Shown here one piece after another: positions 13,546 to 28,459 of a stretch of 64,000 bases of DNA; position 1 is the first letter of the stretch; every line of letters begins with the position of its first letter. The DNA comes from Lingula anatina. Lineage: Eukaryota; Animalia; Brachiopoda. The stretch is from NCBI GenBank assembly GCA_051362555.1, contig CM120643.1:248001-312000 (forward strand), in the 5' to 3' direction. A program made the position numbers and the translations under genes. The notes beneath the pieces were generated by a model that saw only the letters and a list, made by a program, of their open reading frames with translations, was not told where the DNA came from and searched no databases.

Positions 13546-15491
13546 TAATTGTGCTTAAATGCTCCGGACTGTTGAGCACTGTGTACCACACTCACGCTTG
13601 TTATATATATATATATATATTACTACCCAATTCTCTGCTGGCTGGGCCTCTTACTGCTTGAAGTGATATCTGAGCTGCAATATCCAAAAACACTTCAGAC
13701 TTAGTTCTTCAGCTCTAGGAGAACAGTTCGATGATTCTCTCAGCAATGTCACTATTTAACTGATCTAATCATAGGAAAGTGAATATTTTCCACAATAAGA
13801 TACATACCCAACCACTTTTTCATAGCAATTGCAGCTCTCCGATCACATGTAATAGTCCTCCATGGTTTTCCTACCAAAACTGGGTAACACCATTTTTATT
13901 TGCTAAATGAAATAAGAATAAATATATCTCAACATGTGCGAAAGAGGTTTGCGAAAGCGATAACGTTAACCAAACTAATTCTTAAACTTAAAACAGTGAT
14001 TCAAAATAACAAAAGCGACACGTCGACATAATCACAGTTGATGGCGATTATTTTCTAAGTTACGGACGAAAACACCATCGAATAAGTCCAAGAAGTCTGT
14101 AGAATTATTTTTGCTTCCGTCCAAGAAACCGATATAAAAAAGACGAATCACCAATCAGAATCCAGGCAGAACCGCCCTCCTCGGGGCAAGCTTCAACACG
14201 CTTGTTTACCACCGCAAGGCCGTTTAACGATTAAAACGCTAAGGACCCCTTTAGGACAAAGTTGTCCCTCAAATGTCTAATACATACTCAACATAAATCA
14301 GATGGCATCAGGCCCGGGAACTGTATAACAAACTGTTGATATTAGAGATACATCTACGGGGCCACATTATACTTGAAGCGGCCATGCAGGACAATGTAAT
14401 ATTCAGAGGCAGTCAGTTTTAGGGCAAGCAATAATCAACTTGGGGCTATTGAATTTTCATGGAATGCCTATCATTTCATCTCTATTTCATCTTCGTCATG
14501 ATTGCAAGAAAATTGAAACCCCAGAATATTGGAGGCATAAAAATTGGATTGATGCTGTGAAAAAATGGCCAAATTAGTGTGCGAAATTGAACCAAAAAGC
14601 CATTTATTTTCAACTCCGTAATATTCATGGCAAGAAGTAAACGATTTCAATAAGGTCAATCAGTTCGTTCAACACAGGATCGCGTCCTGCTTGAACACTT
14701 GTCTGTGATTCCTAATATACAGGCTGGTGACAGGGTTATGACAAAATTTGAAAATATAAATGATAGAGATATAGCTAAATTTACCAGATGGATAAAATAA
14801 AATGGATCAGTATCAAAATATGAAACAATAGGAAATATACGATCCGTTTTATGTGAAGTTTATAAAAGTTAAATTAAGTTTGGAAGTAAGTTCAGATGCC
14901 GAAGCAATCTTTCTTAAATAAGTCTCTCCTAAGATGTGCAGATTCTTAGAAAAGCCGGGTCCGAGCCAAGTGTTAACACGGAGTGTCAAGTCGCTATCAT
15001 AAAAAAGCGCTGTCAGTGAAGCGGCATTTATCTTCGTCTCAACACATGTTAGTTGTCAGATTAATTCCCCTGCTATCACATACAAATATGCCAGATGTCA
15101 CGACACGGCAGAAAAACAGAAAAAAGAGAAAATTAAGCATGTAGAGATCTTGTAAATGATAATAAGTGTTTAACGCTGCTCTTGTAAAAAATTGATTTTG
15201 TAATGAAAATTGATTTTACATAATGTCTATATATATATTGTATGCATACAATGTTTAATATAATTAGACTTGGCGAGGGTCTGGTAAATATTCAAAATTA
15301 CAATCTATACAAACAGTTAGTAGCTGTTGTCTGTGTACATGTTCTCTACCTGTATAAGTACATGTGTTGAGTATTATGGAGTATTTTTTCTACTTAATAA
15401 ATGAAGCAATTTGACTAAATTTCTGCTACGTTATTCTATCTACTCTTTTCATAAAAAATCTATTGCCCAAAAATCAAAACATTAATACAAA

Positions 15492-15660
15492 GGAAAAAGT
15501 AGTAGAGGAAAACAAAGAACATCATACATTGACAGCCGTAATGCCTTTGTAACAAACCAACACCGGTACCTGTACAACGAGGTCATCCAACTGACTAAAA
15601 ATGGAGTAAACTGGTGGACCAGGATGCCTGGACCAGGTCTGACACTTGAACAAGGAGAAG
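15492..15660 (+). mobile_element. 3' remnant of an RTE-clade LINE
   Basis: Frame reads GKSSRGKQRTSYIDS..NEVIQLTKNGVNWWTR, resembling the GKRxRGRxRxxWxD..A.DRxxW C-terminus of RTE ORF2. Confidence 0.5.
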
Positions 15661-18600
15661 TACAAAATATTGAATGGATCGGGATTGACTGCTCTTTCGA
15701 CACGTTGTCTTTGAAACCTAAACTCAGCCTTACCCTGTTCATCTGTCTACCCATACCACTGTTCATCTGTGTACCCATACCACTGTTGTCAAACACGTCA
15801 ATACGTGACAGGTCAAATGTGATAAGTACTTATAATTCTGGGAATGACAGGTATTTCAGTTGACATATAATTTCTGCATAAGCTGAAGTATACTTTCGAG
15901 GACTCTATCGCAGATAAATACAGGTGTATAGGATTTCGGTTGATTACTTTTGTAACTCCAGACGTCAACAAGTGAGTGCCATCTCTGGATTCGTGGAATT
16001 GTCGTCTTCCCATTATCCAGGTTCACTTTGGTTCAGCGAATAAAACTAAATAAAGGCTGTTTTATTAGACATGGTATCTGACAGAAGTAGAATTAAACAT
16101 CATGATTTTTTTCTCCTTTAAACCTCTCATCTTTTTCATTGACCTCCAGGAGAAGTGTGTCCTGGCCTTCCACATAAGACGCTGGTGTTTCTCTGGTGTT
16201 TCTCTAAGAAGACAGAAGCGTTACTGGGGGGGGAGGAGGGGGGTTCCACTATCTGTAAATCATACAGCATGTAAGGGCTTAGAATAAAAAATATATCGTC
16301 TGCAGGAAGTCGGTTTCTATTGTGAGAGCAAATATTCAATGTCTTGATAAAGCTGTGTTTCTCCAGCTAAGCCATGTCGTGTAAATCGGTTGCATGTGTG
16401 TGTTGGGTACTCCAGAATACTGGGGTGTGTTCGTAAGAGCATGCACAGACTATCTGGTAATTAGCTTCGTTATTTTTCAGAATGAAACACGTTGACATCA
16501 TAAAGAGAAAAACGCGGGTTATTTAAAGAATTAATTCAAGCTAAGCTGATTGTTTCTGTGGAAATATGCGACATGCCGAGCGTCGCTCTAAAAATAAGGA
16601 ATAAATGGAATAAAGGAATAGCAGTGAAACGAAAAAAGCCAAATAACAACCACAGATTAGGTGAAAACAAAATTCTACGAATTTCGGTGTCTCCATCTTG
16701 TCTGTTATTCGCATTAATTGGTCCACTGCCAGTACAACATGTACAGTGACAACACCGTCTTACTATCTCTGTGAAACTGGCAAAGCAACATACACTTGAG
16801 GTGGTTGTAGAGAATCAAAGATGAAAAAATATACCCCACTGATATTCAGTGGCATTGGTTTGAAAAAATCGCCCTTCTGGTCAGAAATGGTTTGCCCTAC
16901 ATCAAACAATGAGCTAAGGCTTTGTACTACACATACGGTGTACATGTATTTCTAAAGGCGGTTCCACTTAGCGGTAAAAAAGTCCCAATTTCAGAAAAAG
17001 GAACATATGAAATCATTGGTTCAAGGCTTGAATGTATACATGGTTACACATTGGTACATATATGCACGCACGCTAATACAAGCGCACACATGCATACATA
17101 TACAGTACAGTACAGCCAACGTAGACTCACTTACATATCAAAACTTCCCCCTCCATGGTTAATTTACATATTTTATTTGTTTGCTTTTTCTTTTTTTATT
17201 TAAATTTTCACTTCGAATTTTCATTTTTATTCATTTTTTTTTTTCAATTTTATTCCTAATTTATGCATTCATTTGTTCTTTAGTTCAATAATGTATTTCT
17301 TTCTTTAATTATCTATAAGTGTACAGTAGAGCACTGCACTGCAGTCAGTGGGTACAACTGCCCCCCCCCCCCCCCCCCCCCCCCACTACGTGACCTAACT
17401 GTTCCCATTTAAGGCGCATTCAGATTCACACATCCAGGGTCCCACCAACTCTGAGGGGGGTCCTCGCGACAATACAATCAGTGGAATCAGCTTATTTAAC
17501 ACACGATAATTATTTAGCCCTAGCTGCTCGAAGAGGCGTGTCAGACAACTAAGCTGATTCCACTGATTGCACTTTAGTGAGAATCCCCCGCAGAGTTGGA
17601 CCGTCACAGCTACCACAATGTGTGAATCTGAATGCTGTCTACATCAAATGAGCTAATTCTCATTCCTAATTGAACTCTATAGAGACTTATCTGAAATCAG
17701 TTGTATTATAGCTAGATCAAGTCAAGCTCCTGGAGGCACTCATTGCATTCCCCATTAAGCTTAGTATAACGTGCCTTAATGCTCGTTCTAACACTCTGTA
17801 CACGGATTAATAGCCTTTCTGCGGTTGTAACTGTGCTGCTATTCCTGGGAGTTCCCAGTAAAACTAATTATGCCATCTAAGTCTCGCTACACCTGCTTTC
17901 TCAACGGCAGCTCTGAATAAAATCAATAAAGGTGGAAACCAACGCTAATTGAGATATCACAATAAAACAAGAGAGACTGTGTTTACATCTATTATCTCCA
18001 CAGCTTGTTAGATCCGGTCTACTACCGGTACGTTTTGACGTAGCAGATTGTTAAAACGCGCGCGCGTGTGTGTGTGTGTGGGGGATGTATGTTCTAAATA
18101 TCACAGCAAATAATTATGATTCATTTTTCTTAAAGAAAATGCTACGTTTCGAAGGCAGGTTTTACGTTTCATGTAATGCCATGTACTGTATATTCCCTAT
18201 TGTGTCTGATCCTTTAGTACCTGGGATCTTGAATGAATAAAAGAATTTTCACACAAGTTGATAAAATGGCCGATTTTGACTGATTATAATTAACAGTCTG
18301 CAATATCCTAAATAAAGCTACATATTGGCGTTACAATACTGTTCCAGGACGAAATAACCTCTTCAAACAGACCATCTTTACCGGATTCAGACCCGCTCAT
18401 GATACAAACCACTGTGAACCAGACCTAAATGTACCAGTACTACCAGTACATGTGTATCGTGGACATGGTATTGCAATCACACTCCAGTACAAGGTCATAC
18501 GGACTGTAATGATAATTATGATAAATGTTTGTTCTGGCGCTTTAAATTGATTTATGTCTGTTATTTACTTCAAAGAAGAACACTGGGGAAGGTGCAGAGG

Positions 18601-19784
18601 ACAAAGCAAGATGAGAGAGGGGAGGGGGAGGGAGATCAGTCCAAAGTCCTGCACTCACAGTACCAAGAGATGCCAGCAAGCATTCCACCCAGTGCGGGGC
18701 ACTCGTACTGATGGCGTTCAGCCAGCTTTAAGTCCAGTCCTCGGCCGTATATCTCATCACTACTGGTCATCACGAGCAAGAAACGCACTCTGAGATGTAG
18801 ATGAGATGTTCAACTTGGCACCTGACTTAGTGCAGTAATAACACATAATCAGAACCATTCTACTTAAAGACAGTTTAAGTCAATGTGTTAAACAAAGTGC
18901 AAAGAACGCTTTCATCTAAAGCAACCTGCAAAGATAGACGAAAAAACCCAAAACCGCGGCTTTCTTCAAGTCTTCCCTTGATCTTTCTACCTTTTCTCAA
19001 ATGCGAAATAGAGTTTTCCTTCAAGCCGCCCATAAACATACTTCTTTTAAACAAAACAAGTTAAATAAATGTTCATCTACTTTGTCAAAAGAGAGCGCTG
19101 ATGCCTTTGGAATGTTGAAGACCTCGAGTTTACTAATACAGCGACATGAGCCAGATGATGACGAAATAATTAATAAATGTAACGTATAAAATACGGAAGA
19201 ACCGTGCAGAAGCACCTGTTCACAATATGTTGAGGACGCTGGATATTTGGCGACAAATGTGACGCTATGTCGGGATATCGCCCTGGGAAAAAACCTCCGT
19301 CACTTCTGCTCTATATTAGCACTTGTGTAAGTGTCATGTTGGAGCATGTAGTGGTTTTCAAAATAGCAGAAGTAGGTAATATCATTCAAGATTTCAGTAC
19401 AGTTCTCTGCAGCATTTATGTGCTGTCTGTAATCCTTTGTCACTTTACAGAAGATCAAATGGAACATTTACATTTTCATCTTCCATCGGTAATAAAGCGA
19501 TAAACATAAGATAAACATAAGGACTTTTGAAATAAAAACTGAGCTGAGCTGCCTGATGTATGGATTGCAGGTGCAAACCGTTTGTTTCATCAGGTTCACA
19601 AGGGGAATTGAGTGCCAAGATGGCGAAGTCACCCTCGATACTGTAAGTGATTTTAACACCATGCAGGCTGAATGCTCCTGTGATTGTAGAGTCATGGGTA
19701 GGATATGTTTAAGTTCATGTGAAAGACGCTGCTTTGTATCACTTTATATTGATTATTTTCATTTAACCCAAATTACGGGGCGTT

Positions 19785-19826
<42 letters not shown>

Positions 19827-20060
19827 GTAGTCATTTTATGTATCATTTTGTTTGTTTGTTTGTTTTTTATTTAAAAAAGAAAAAAAAAACAAATCTACTG
19901 TTTCTTTCTCATCATCTGGAACTATTACTTTCCAAGGTGCGATTTACACAGGTATGATCGTGCGTCCCTTGTCCTTGTTTCATGTCTCGGTATCCCGTTA
20001 AGTGCTTCCTTTCACCCGCCATGTGCTTCTTTTAGGGTCCTGTGTTAGCAAATCATAATG

Positions 20061-20286
20061 ACAGATCTTCATAACTCTATATTATTTAGCCGACTTCCTT
20101 ACGGGCAGATCTTCACCACTCTTTATTATTAGTCGACTATTTACGGGCAGATCTTCATCACTCTTTATTATTAGTCGACTATTTACGGGCAGATCTTCAC
20201 CACTCTTTATTATTAGTCGACTATTTACGGGCAGATCTTCATCACTCTTTATTATTTAGCCGACTATTTACGGGCAGATCTTCACC
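20061..20286. repeat. 42-bp minisatellite, about 5 copies
   Basis: Unit acgggcagatcttcaccactctttattattagtcgactattt. Confidence 0.95.
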
Positions 20287-21650
20287 TCAGCCACTTCCTT
20301 AAACCAACTATTTAATTCACCTCTGAGGACGCCGGAATCAGACCAAGGCCACCTATGTATGGCATCAATCGATCCAACACGTTCCAATAATGACCCCGCG
20401 GTGTTTGTATTGTGAGCAAACTAGTGTTGACAGTGAACACCTTTTAACTTCCGACAGTTTCAGGTGAAGAGCATGATCAATGATGTACAATGTGGCGGTA
20501 AATTGGCTGTCCTTATATTAGTCGGTCAACGACAGCCATAAACAATGATTATCATCTGATTGATTGTCAATAGGGGTGATGCGGAGGACAACCAAGTCTT
20601 TAAACATCAATTAATAAGGCTATTTTCAATATGATAGTTAACATTATTAATGTATTATCTTTATCATGTAAACAATTGGGCCCGCGATGAAACGTATACA
20701 ATCTTTGACATATCCTATAACTGATAGATGCCAACGATCTAATGCAAGTATTATCTACAGGAACGGCGATTGAAGAAAGTGAATGGTTTCATCGCATTAC
20801 TCAAGCGTTCAATTGAGCTTGGGCCCAAATGATTTTGCAAATGACACCAGTGCAGGCTTACTTACTAGTACAATGCGTCGATGTTTTGCGTAAATCATTT
20901 TATGAAAGAATCGTGTGTAAAGCCCAATGCGTTGTGTTCAAAATTGTCTTGTCTAATTAATAACTTCATTGTACGACCAAAGGGCCAATGCTTTGGGTCT
21001 GAAAATGGCAGTAGCAGTGTAGTGACAGGCTGCGGAATAAGATCAAAAAACTAAATAAAATGGTTCAAGAAAGTGTACATCAACTTAATCTTACTCCTAA
21101 TTGTTGACCGCAGAACTTGCTGGACTGCTCCCGTGTACCACAGAAAGACATCTGTACTTAACTTAAGACAGTCCTGAGGTTATGTTGACATTATAATCGA
21201 CTCTATTTGTCACGTAGTTCAGTAATTGTCCTCAAAAAAGAGAGGAATTGTATCTGATGATTGCATATTACCGGATTACAAGGGTCATGTACATTAGTGT
21301 TCGCTGTGTATGCAAACTGAGTTACCAGAGAAGAAATGAAGGTCAGATTCTCAATTTTAGGAATCAGCCCATCTAGCCAGATTCAGTTCAGCGGAGAAAC
21401 CATTTGATGGAAATTGTGAAAATGTTAGTTGTAAAATGTGAAAAAGAAGTGCGTACATGTGCAACAAACATACAATTGTAGAGAGAGTCAGTTTAATTAT
21501 CATTTATCATTCTGCATTGAGTCATAGCTGTATTAACAATAATGAATCGTTTCTAATTCAGCTACTGAAAGAATAAGCAGCAATGTAACTACTTATTTAA
21601 TACACACTAATGCGGAAAGATTAGTGGTCGGAGTGCAACTGCTTCCATGA

Positions 21651-22392
<742 letters not shown>

Positions 22393-23183
22393 TTGCCTGT
22401 TCTCCATGTACCGGGGTATATCTGTTAAAAACCAGTCTGATGTACATCATTCTTTAAGTGACTAAAATCAAGTGTTCTAGTACGTATCTTGCCCTTTTCT
22501 AAATGCTAGCAGTCCCTAACACTGATACGGTTCATACATGTAAAAGGAGTATGAGGTTTAAATAAATAGGAGTTAGTGTGAAATACTAGTAGAAAATTCT
22601 GACATATATGTTTAAATCGATAAGCTTCATTAATTGTAAATAAAACTAAAATTTGTTTGTTATGACCATTCACATACCGGTAGTATAGGCCCATTGTATA
22701 TGAAAACAAGAAAAAGACTCCATGCAATGGCTGATCTGGTAAAACACATATGGGTTGCTTTGAATACTACGAGATGTCCTTATTTCACAACACTGCCAGT
22801 AGTTCCCTGCTATGAACAGACAGCTAGACGTCGCCACTAGTACCTGTAATACACAGATTCCTCCATTCGAAAGAAGAACATCAGTTGACATCAGTATAAA
22901 ATTACAATTACCAGCACTGAATTCAAGGTTTCCATATACAGGCTTAGACAGGATGTCAGTTCACTTCTATCCTGTCACTGTAATACTCAGGAAACACTCT
23001 GCTCGGAGTGCTTTAAATGGTTTTAAAAATACTCCGATTGCTACTAAATAATAAGATATCAACACGTCTGCACGCCCATAGCTTTTAATAAAGACAGTTA
23101 AGTATGCGTGTGTGCGCCTGTTTCTCACGGTGTGTAGGAACTGAAGTATTACTGTGTTGACAACCGCAAAGTTGTACGCGGAA

Positions 23184-23280
23184 ACTGCATTGTGACCGAG
23201 CACCGCAAACACAATAGTGTTCCGCTGGCGGAGACTGCATTGTGACCGAGCACCGCAAACACATTTGTGTTCCGTTGGCG
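23184..23280. repeat. Two-copy ~50-bp direct repeat
   Basis: actgcattgtgaccgagcaccgcaaacaca..gtgttccg occurs twice in tandem. Confidence 0.85.
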
Positions 23281-23809
23281 AAGGTTGTATTTAAAAGCAA
23301 CGACAAATTATAGACACTTGCAGAAAAGTCATTTAAAAGGCTGAAGATCTTGGGTAGGTGTTACAGGACACTCACGTGGAAAAAGACACACAGGAGAGAC
23401 GTGATGAAGGAACTGTAACCAACTGTAACCAAGCTAGGCAACAACATAGCAGTTGATCACCTTTTTTTTTTTTTTTTTTTTTTTTTTGCAGTTGTTAGGT
23501 CTTTGTCCACAAGGGAGAATTTTTTGTTCTTTTAAAAGTCAAAGAGATTTGTGACATGGCGGTGACAATATATTGTGTCATCTATGTGCTGTCTGTGTTT
23601 GGGAAGTGTGATAATGTGTGTGCACCAAAAGGTGATATGACTTCCACGGTGGACAAATGATGATTCACGTATTATCTCAAGCAGTCGTCAGGATAACCGG
23701 TGATAAAAATGTCCGCATTGGCGCGTTGTGTTGAAAAAATGACTGTACTTATGGCAAAATGAACCCACAATTTCTGACTTCTGATTGAGCATTAAATAAC
23801 AGTTAAAAT

Positions 23810-23960
23810 GCACCAGAATGCAGTATTATACATACAGTTTTTAAAAATTTTCCACACCATGAGGGGGACAACCCATCCCACACCCTTCCCCCCTCGGGGG
23901 CTTCGCCCCCTCGTGTGCGCTTACTGCCCCCCCTGGCATTTTGCTCAGGCTACGGCCCTG
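23810..23960. mobile_element. Probable terminal fragment of a non-autonomous DNA transposon
   Basis: GC-rich end ..ggctacggccctg (reverse CAGGGCCGTAGCC, hAT-like terminus) and a small ccccctcggggg hairpin; the partner end was not found. Confidence 0.4.
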
Positions 23961-24060
23961 GGGACTGCTAGCATAAAACTATAACTGCATTTCAAGCCGA
24001 TAGAGGTCGAGATATGTATATCCCTCTGTCCAAATGTGTCAATAGTCTCAATACATCACC

Positions 24061-26855
24061 TCGACCAACAAACTCAGTGGTGACATAATAACATAAACTG
24101 GCGAATGCCATGCTGATGTCACGTTATCTTCGCTGTTTCCCTATCCTGGGACTTGTTCTTCCAGTATGAAGGCAGGGGGCAGGGTGGGGGTGACATGGAC
24201 AGGACACATGGGGTATAGGTTCATTAAATTAAATCAATAACAACAAATTAAAGACTAAAACATCCCACGGCGCTGGCCATTAACCCAAGATGCCATTGAG
24301 TCACTGGGTGACGTCAAAATTTTCCAACATATAGCATACATGTAGCTGTTGACACTTTGTTTTAAAAGACACCGATCGCGATATATAATAGCTGAGAGCA
24401 ATGTTTCGGATGATCTGAAGTTTTATCCCATCAAACGCCACCTTCGGGCAGACCCATACCTGTACACATTACGGCAGCTAACGTCACTGCAGCTAACGTC
24501 ACATTTTGTATCACGATATATTATGTCTACCATAAAAGAAGACCTTAACGCTCTCATTTCCAAATTTATAATAAAAATGTTTTATTGCTAATGCCTGTAA
24601 GCCCCCTTGGGATAGATCCGATGACGGCTAGTTCATATCTTTAAGAATTCTCACCTTGGTTCCTAAGCACCACCCAGAACTCTATACTCAGACCAGCCGT
24701 TCTAAGTGCCGTTAAGTTAAAAACAATTGGTGAATTCTGTATCGATCGACGGAACTTAAATAATAGGAAGGTAAATACCCCCCCTCCCCCCCAAAAAAAA
24801 AAAAAAAGAAAATGTATGAAATGTTGAATTGCAGTACACAATACTCTGATGAATGGAGCGTGAATCTACCACATTGTGTGGAGAAGGGTGTACGCATTTA
24901 GTGTCCTTTAATATTGTCAACAAGCCAGGTCTGCTATGAGGTTATGTTGCAATTGTACTGGCCCATAGTATTTAACTGTACATGTATAACATGTAATTTT
25001 TTACCCTAAAACACCACACAATTAAGACAGTCAGCACCGTGCACAATAGGTATCTGTTTATTAGTTTGTTTACGCGTAACCTGGCGAAGATAAAATTTGC
25101 TTTTCACTTCGTTTGCACAGATATCGATAATGGATGTTTTTCTCAAATCGGTGACCTAGTTCCACTATTGCTGACAACACACAGTTCAAAAGTTCCGTCA
25201 CTGAACTGTTTCTGTGGTCGCCATTTTGCTTCACATTTGTTTCTCCATTCATGCGTCGCACGAGAATACATTACATAGATATAAGCCCCTGCACTAACAG
25301 AGATTTTATACGAAGTCACCACTGGATCGTGCAAGGTATGTAAAAAGCTGGTGAAATACTGCAAGGCCTTACAGGAACTACAGGTAGTTAGAACGGAGAG
25401 ATTATCAGACCACCAAAGATCATCATAGCACTATTTTCCAGTAATTTTAACCAGTAATATTTCGACTAACAAGAAAAGCAAGTGGTGACATCATTATATA
25501 AGGTGTCGAATGTCATGCTGATGTTACGTTATCTTCACTGTTTCCCAGTCCTGGGACTTGTTCTTCCAGTATGGAGGCAGGGGGCAGGGTGGGGGTGACA
25601 TAGATGGGACACGTGGAGTACAGACGGTTACGGGAACAACTTAGTCGCAAAGATAGACAACGATACGATTCTTACACTTACCCATGATGACATGTTAATA
25701 AAATTAACATCGACAAAATTAAAGACTAAAACATGATAAGGCGCTGATTATTCACCCGAGCTGTCACCTTGCGGTCAACGAGTCACTGGGTGACGTCAAA
25801 CTTCCCAAAATTTAAAGTTACTGTAGACATTTTGTTTTAAGAGACGATCGTTCTTTGTGACGCATAATCCGCCGGGCAATGTCACCTAGTTTTTGCGCAT
25901 ATCAACAATGCTGTTACACAATGCTCTGCTCAGTTCACGCTCCGTTAAAATGGCTACTTGTATGCAAACTGTCAAAGTCATATTTGCAGGCGTTTCCCAA
26001 ATATAGAGACTTTTTAACAGAACTGTGCTCTCACATAGTCATACTAGGGCCAGGCAAAGTGTACTTCCCCAGGAATTCCCTCATATTACGTAAAGCATGA
26101 TTGTTATACAGACAAGATAGTCAATTGATTGGTACTGACGCACCTGACTACACAATTTTTAGTGCATTGTGCATTGCAGTAGATAAGATGTTTGTGCTCA
26201 GAAAGAGGCTGTAAGGCGGGGTAGTTCCGGTTGGAGATGGACCATGCTGTAAAAGCCGAGCTGCATATTGTACTGAAAATTCTCTTTTGTTTTGTTTGAC
26301 ACAGGGCAATTTTTGAATATTACATGTGTGTTTGGATATTACCTGTCACATGTGGACTGAAAACTTGACAACAAAAAGCATTTTGTTGTATTACGTGACA
26401 CTTTTCACATATCTCTTATTAAATAATTAAAAAGCAACATTAACAAAATATTTTTATCCCTGGGTATTCCTTTGCAACTGAAATATTTCATATTTAATGT
26501 CAAGACTGTATATTCTTAAAAAAAACATATACAGGCACTCAACACCACGCACAAAAGGAACCGGTACAGCCGTGAACAGGTTCAGACAATATTTGCTTTT
26601 CACTATATTAGCATAGGCATCAATAGTGCTTTCATTTTTTTAAGTAGGCGACCTAGTTCCAGTATTGTTCACACCAACAAGTTCAATATCTCCACCGTTA
26701 AGCTGTTTTGTGGTCGTTATTTTGATTTACAGCAGCTACCCTGTAAGTAACCAACGCTGTGTCGTACTGGTGTCGATGTAAGCTTCCGCACTAGTACAGG
26801 GGTAACCGGTAGCAATCACTGTACAGACAAGGTATGTTAAGAAGCTGTTAAATAA
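24061..26855 (+). promoter_or_regulatory. Tandemly duplicated putative promoter plus 5' non-coding exon unit (copy A ~24061-25360, copy B ~25462-26855) upstream of the TIR exon
   Basis: Aligned blocks 24076-24320 vs 25481-25800 and 25095-25360 vs 26591-26855. Each copy ends in a donor caag|gtatgt (25335/26831). Motifs: AP-1 tgagtca 24297, CRE tgacgtca 24309 and 25791, IRF-like ttgcttttcact 25097/26593, kB-like aggaattccc 26071. Confidence 0.55.
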
Positions 26856-27292
26856 GGTACATGTAAATACCCAGGTGTACATGTACCGGTATCTGTGTTG
26901 AGGATACAATTTAAGTTTTTTATCGGAAAATATTTTAAGCGAGATAATATCTAACGTGAAATTGCTCTGTTTGATTGAAATGTATGGTTACAAAACCCAC
27001 ACCGTTTACAAGAAGATTATTTTAAAATCCGTTTAATGGCGCGAGAGGAGGTGGGGAGACCATAGGGAATCAGCTGCATCGCTTTTGAAGTGTGGTTGGC
27101 TATATTTAGGTCGACGGACCAGTTAGTGCTCGGAATGTATTCTGAATGGCCCCTAACATGCATACTAATCACTAAAACCGAAAGCTGTCTGTATGTGTCT
27201 TCTTTATGGATAATCGGTATTTATCAAACAAAAAGAGCACATGAGAACTACGAAAAATAGGTCAACGCCTCGGTTCCAATCTCCTCTCACTG

Positions 27293-27332
<40 letters not shown>

Positions 27333-27496
27333 GCACTTGGGGCTTTGCTTTAATTGTTTAATACGTGGTCAAAGTGCCCTACAATTCTATTAATTTATTT
27401 CAACTTAGAGCAGGGAATTATATCGGATATAATTTCCTGCTTAGAGCAACTTCTATTCATTTGAGATTTTCCATTTTCAGAAAGACCCCTTTCGAC

Positions 27497-27893
27497 ATGT
27501 ACAAGTACGATGCGTATATGTGCTATGCAGATGAAGATGTAAACACTGTAGAAGAAGTCGTGGATAGAGTAGAACGCCAAGGATTTCGGTGTTTCTTTGG
27601 TAAACGGGAAATTCTTCTTGGACGTAAAATTGTCGCCACAAGAACTAAGAGATTAGAAGCATCAGAATTCATTGTTGTTTTCCTGTCGCGTAATTTCACC
27701 AAAAACGTATGGTGTAACCATGACATTTTCTTAGCATTGCAATGTAAATCTTCGGAATCATATCCGCAAAGTATAGTCCCGATCTATTTAGACATAGACA
27801 CGGAAGATGTACCTCAACAACTTCAACAATTTCAAAGTATTAGATATGACGACACTGAGTTCTTCACAAAACTGATTCGTCGCCTTGAGGCTG
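27497..27893 (+). CDS. TIR domain exon (TIR_2-like)
   Basis: MYKYDAYMCYADED..GFRCFFGKREILLG..SEFIVVFLSRNFTKNVWCNHD..IVPIYLD; acceptor ttttcag at 27480, donor g|gtaagt at 27893. Confidence 0.9.
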
Positions 27894-27929
27894 GTAAGTG
27901 AACTACATATGTTATAAATACGATACTGC

Positions 27930-28459
27930 TGTTATAGTGAGAAATGACGACAGCAGTTTGGAGCTTCCGAACGTTTATTCACCGACTCTCTCTTCATACA
28001 ACTTCACAAATATTTATACTCAATTTCTCCGTACTGATCACGCATTTACTTGTTTTCTTTTCCATTGTCTTTGCGTGATTACAAAATATTTTCCATTCTC
28101 ATGTTGCAAGTCACTATGCGACATTTCCGTATTAGGTAATCCTTAAGGGACTTGTTTTCAATTAAAGATATCTAAAATATTATTTGGATTACTCATACTT
28201 GGATCTTATCCAAAACTCAGTTATCATGTGATAAATAGATGATCAAAATTAAAATATGTTATGAAATTAACCAATCACATTAACTGTTACTGACTTTGAC
28301 CTTTTCCATCTTTTTCTGACACTAAAAACATGTTCTACACTTGTTGACTCTTGGAGAAACTTAACTTTCACTCAATAACTCTTTGTCTTTTTACTCTTTT
28401 GATTCCGCTTTAATTGCTATCTGTAATTAGTGAAAGTGTAAGTAATTTGCTTTACAACA
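27930..28459 (-). repeat. 3' LTR
   Basis: tgttatagtg..tttacaaca; the polypurine tract lies at 28460-28473 on the minus strand. Confidence 0.95.

Noticed and set aside
18658-18788. Possible minus-strand exon (VRFLLVMTSSDEIYGRGLDLKLAERHQYECPALGG..) with plausible splice sites
   Set aside because: No recognisable domain and no partner exons could be linked.
20061-20286. Possible CRISPR-like array
   Set aside because: Units are contiguous with no unique spacers, and the context is eukaryotic; it is a plain minisatellite.
27898-28146. ORFs at 27898-28146 and 36393-36602
   Set aside because: Incidental frames within the two LTRs.
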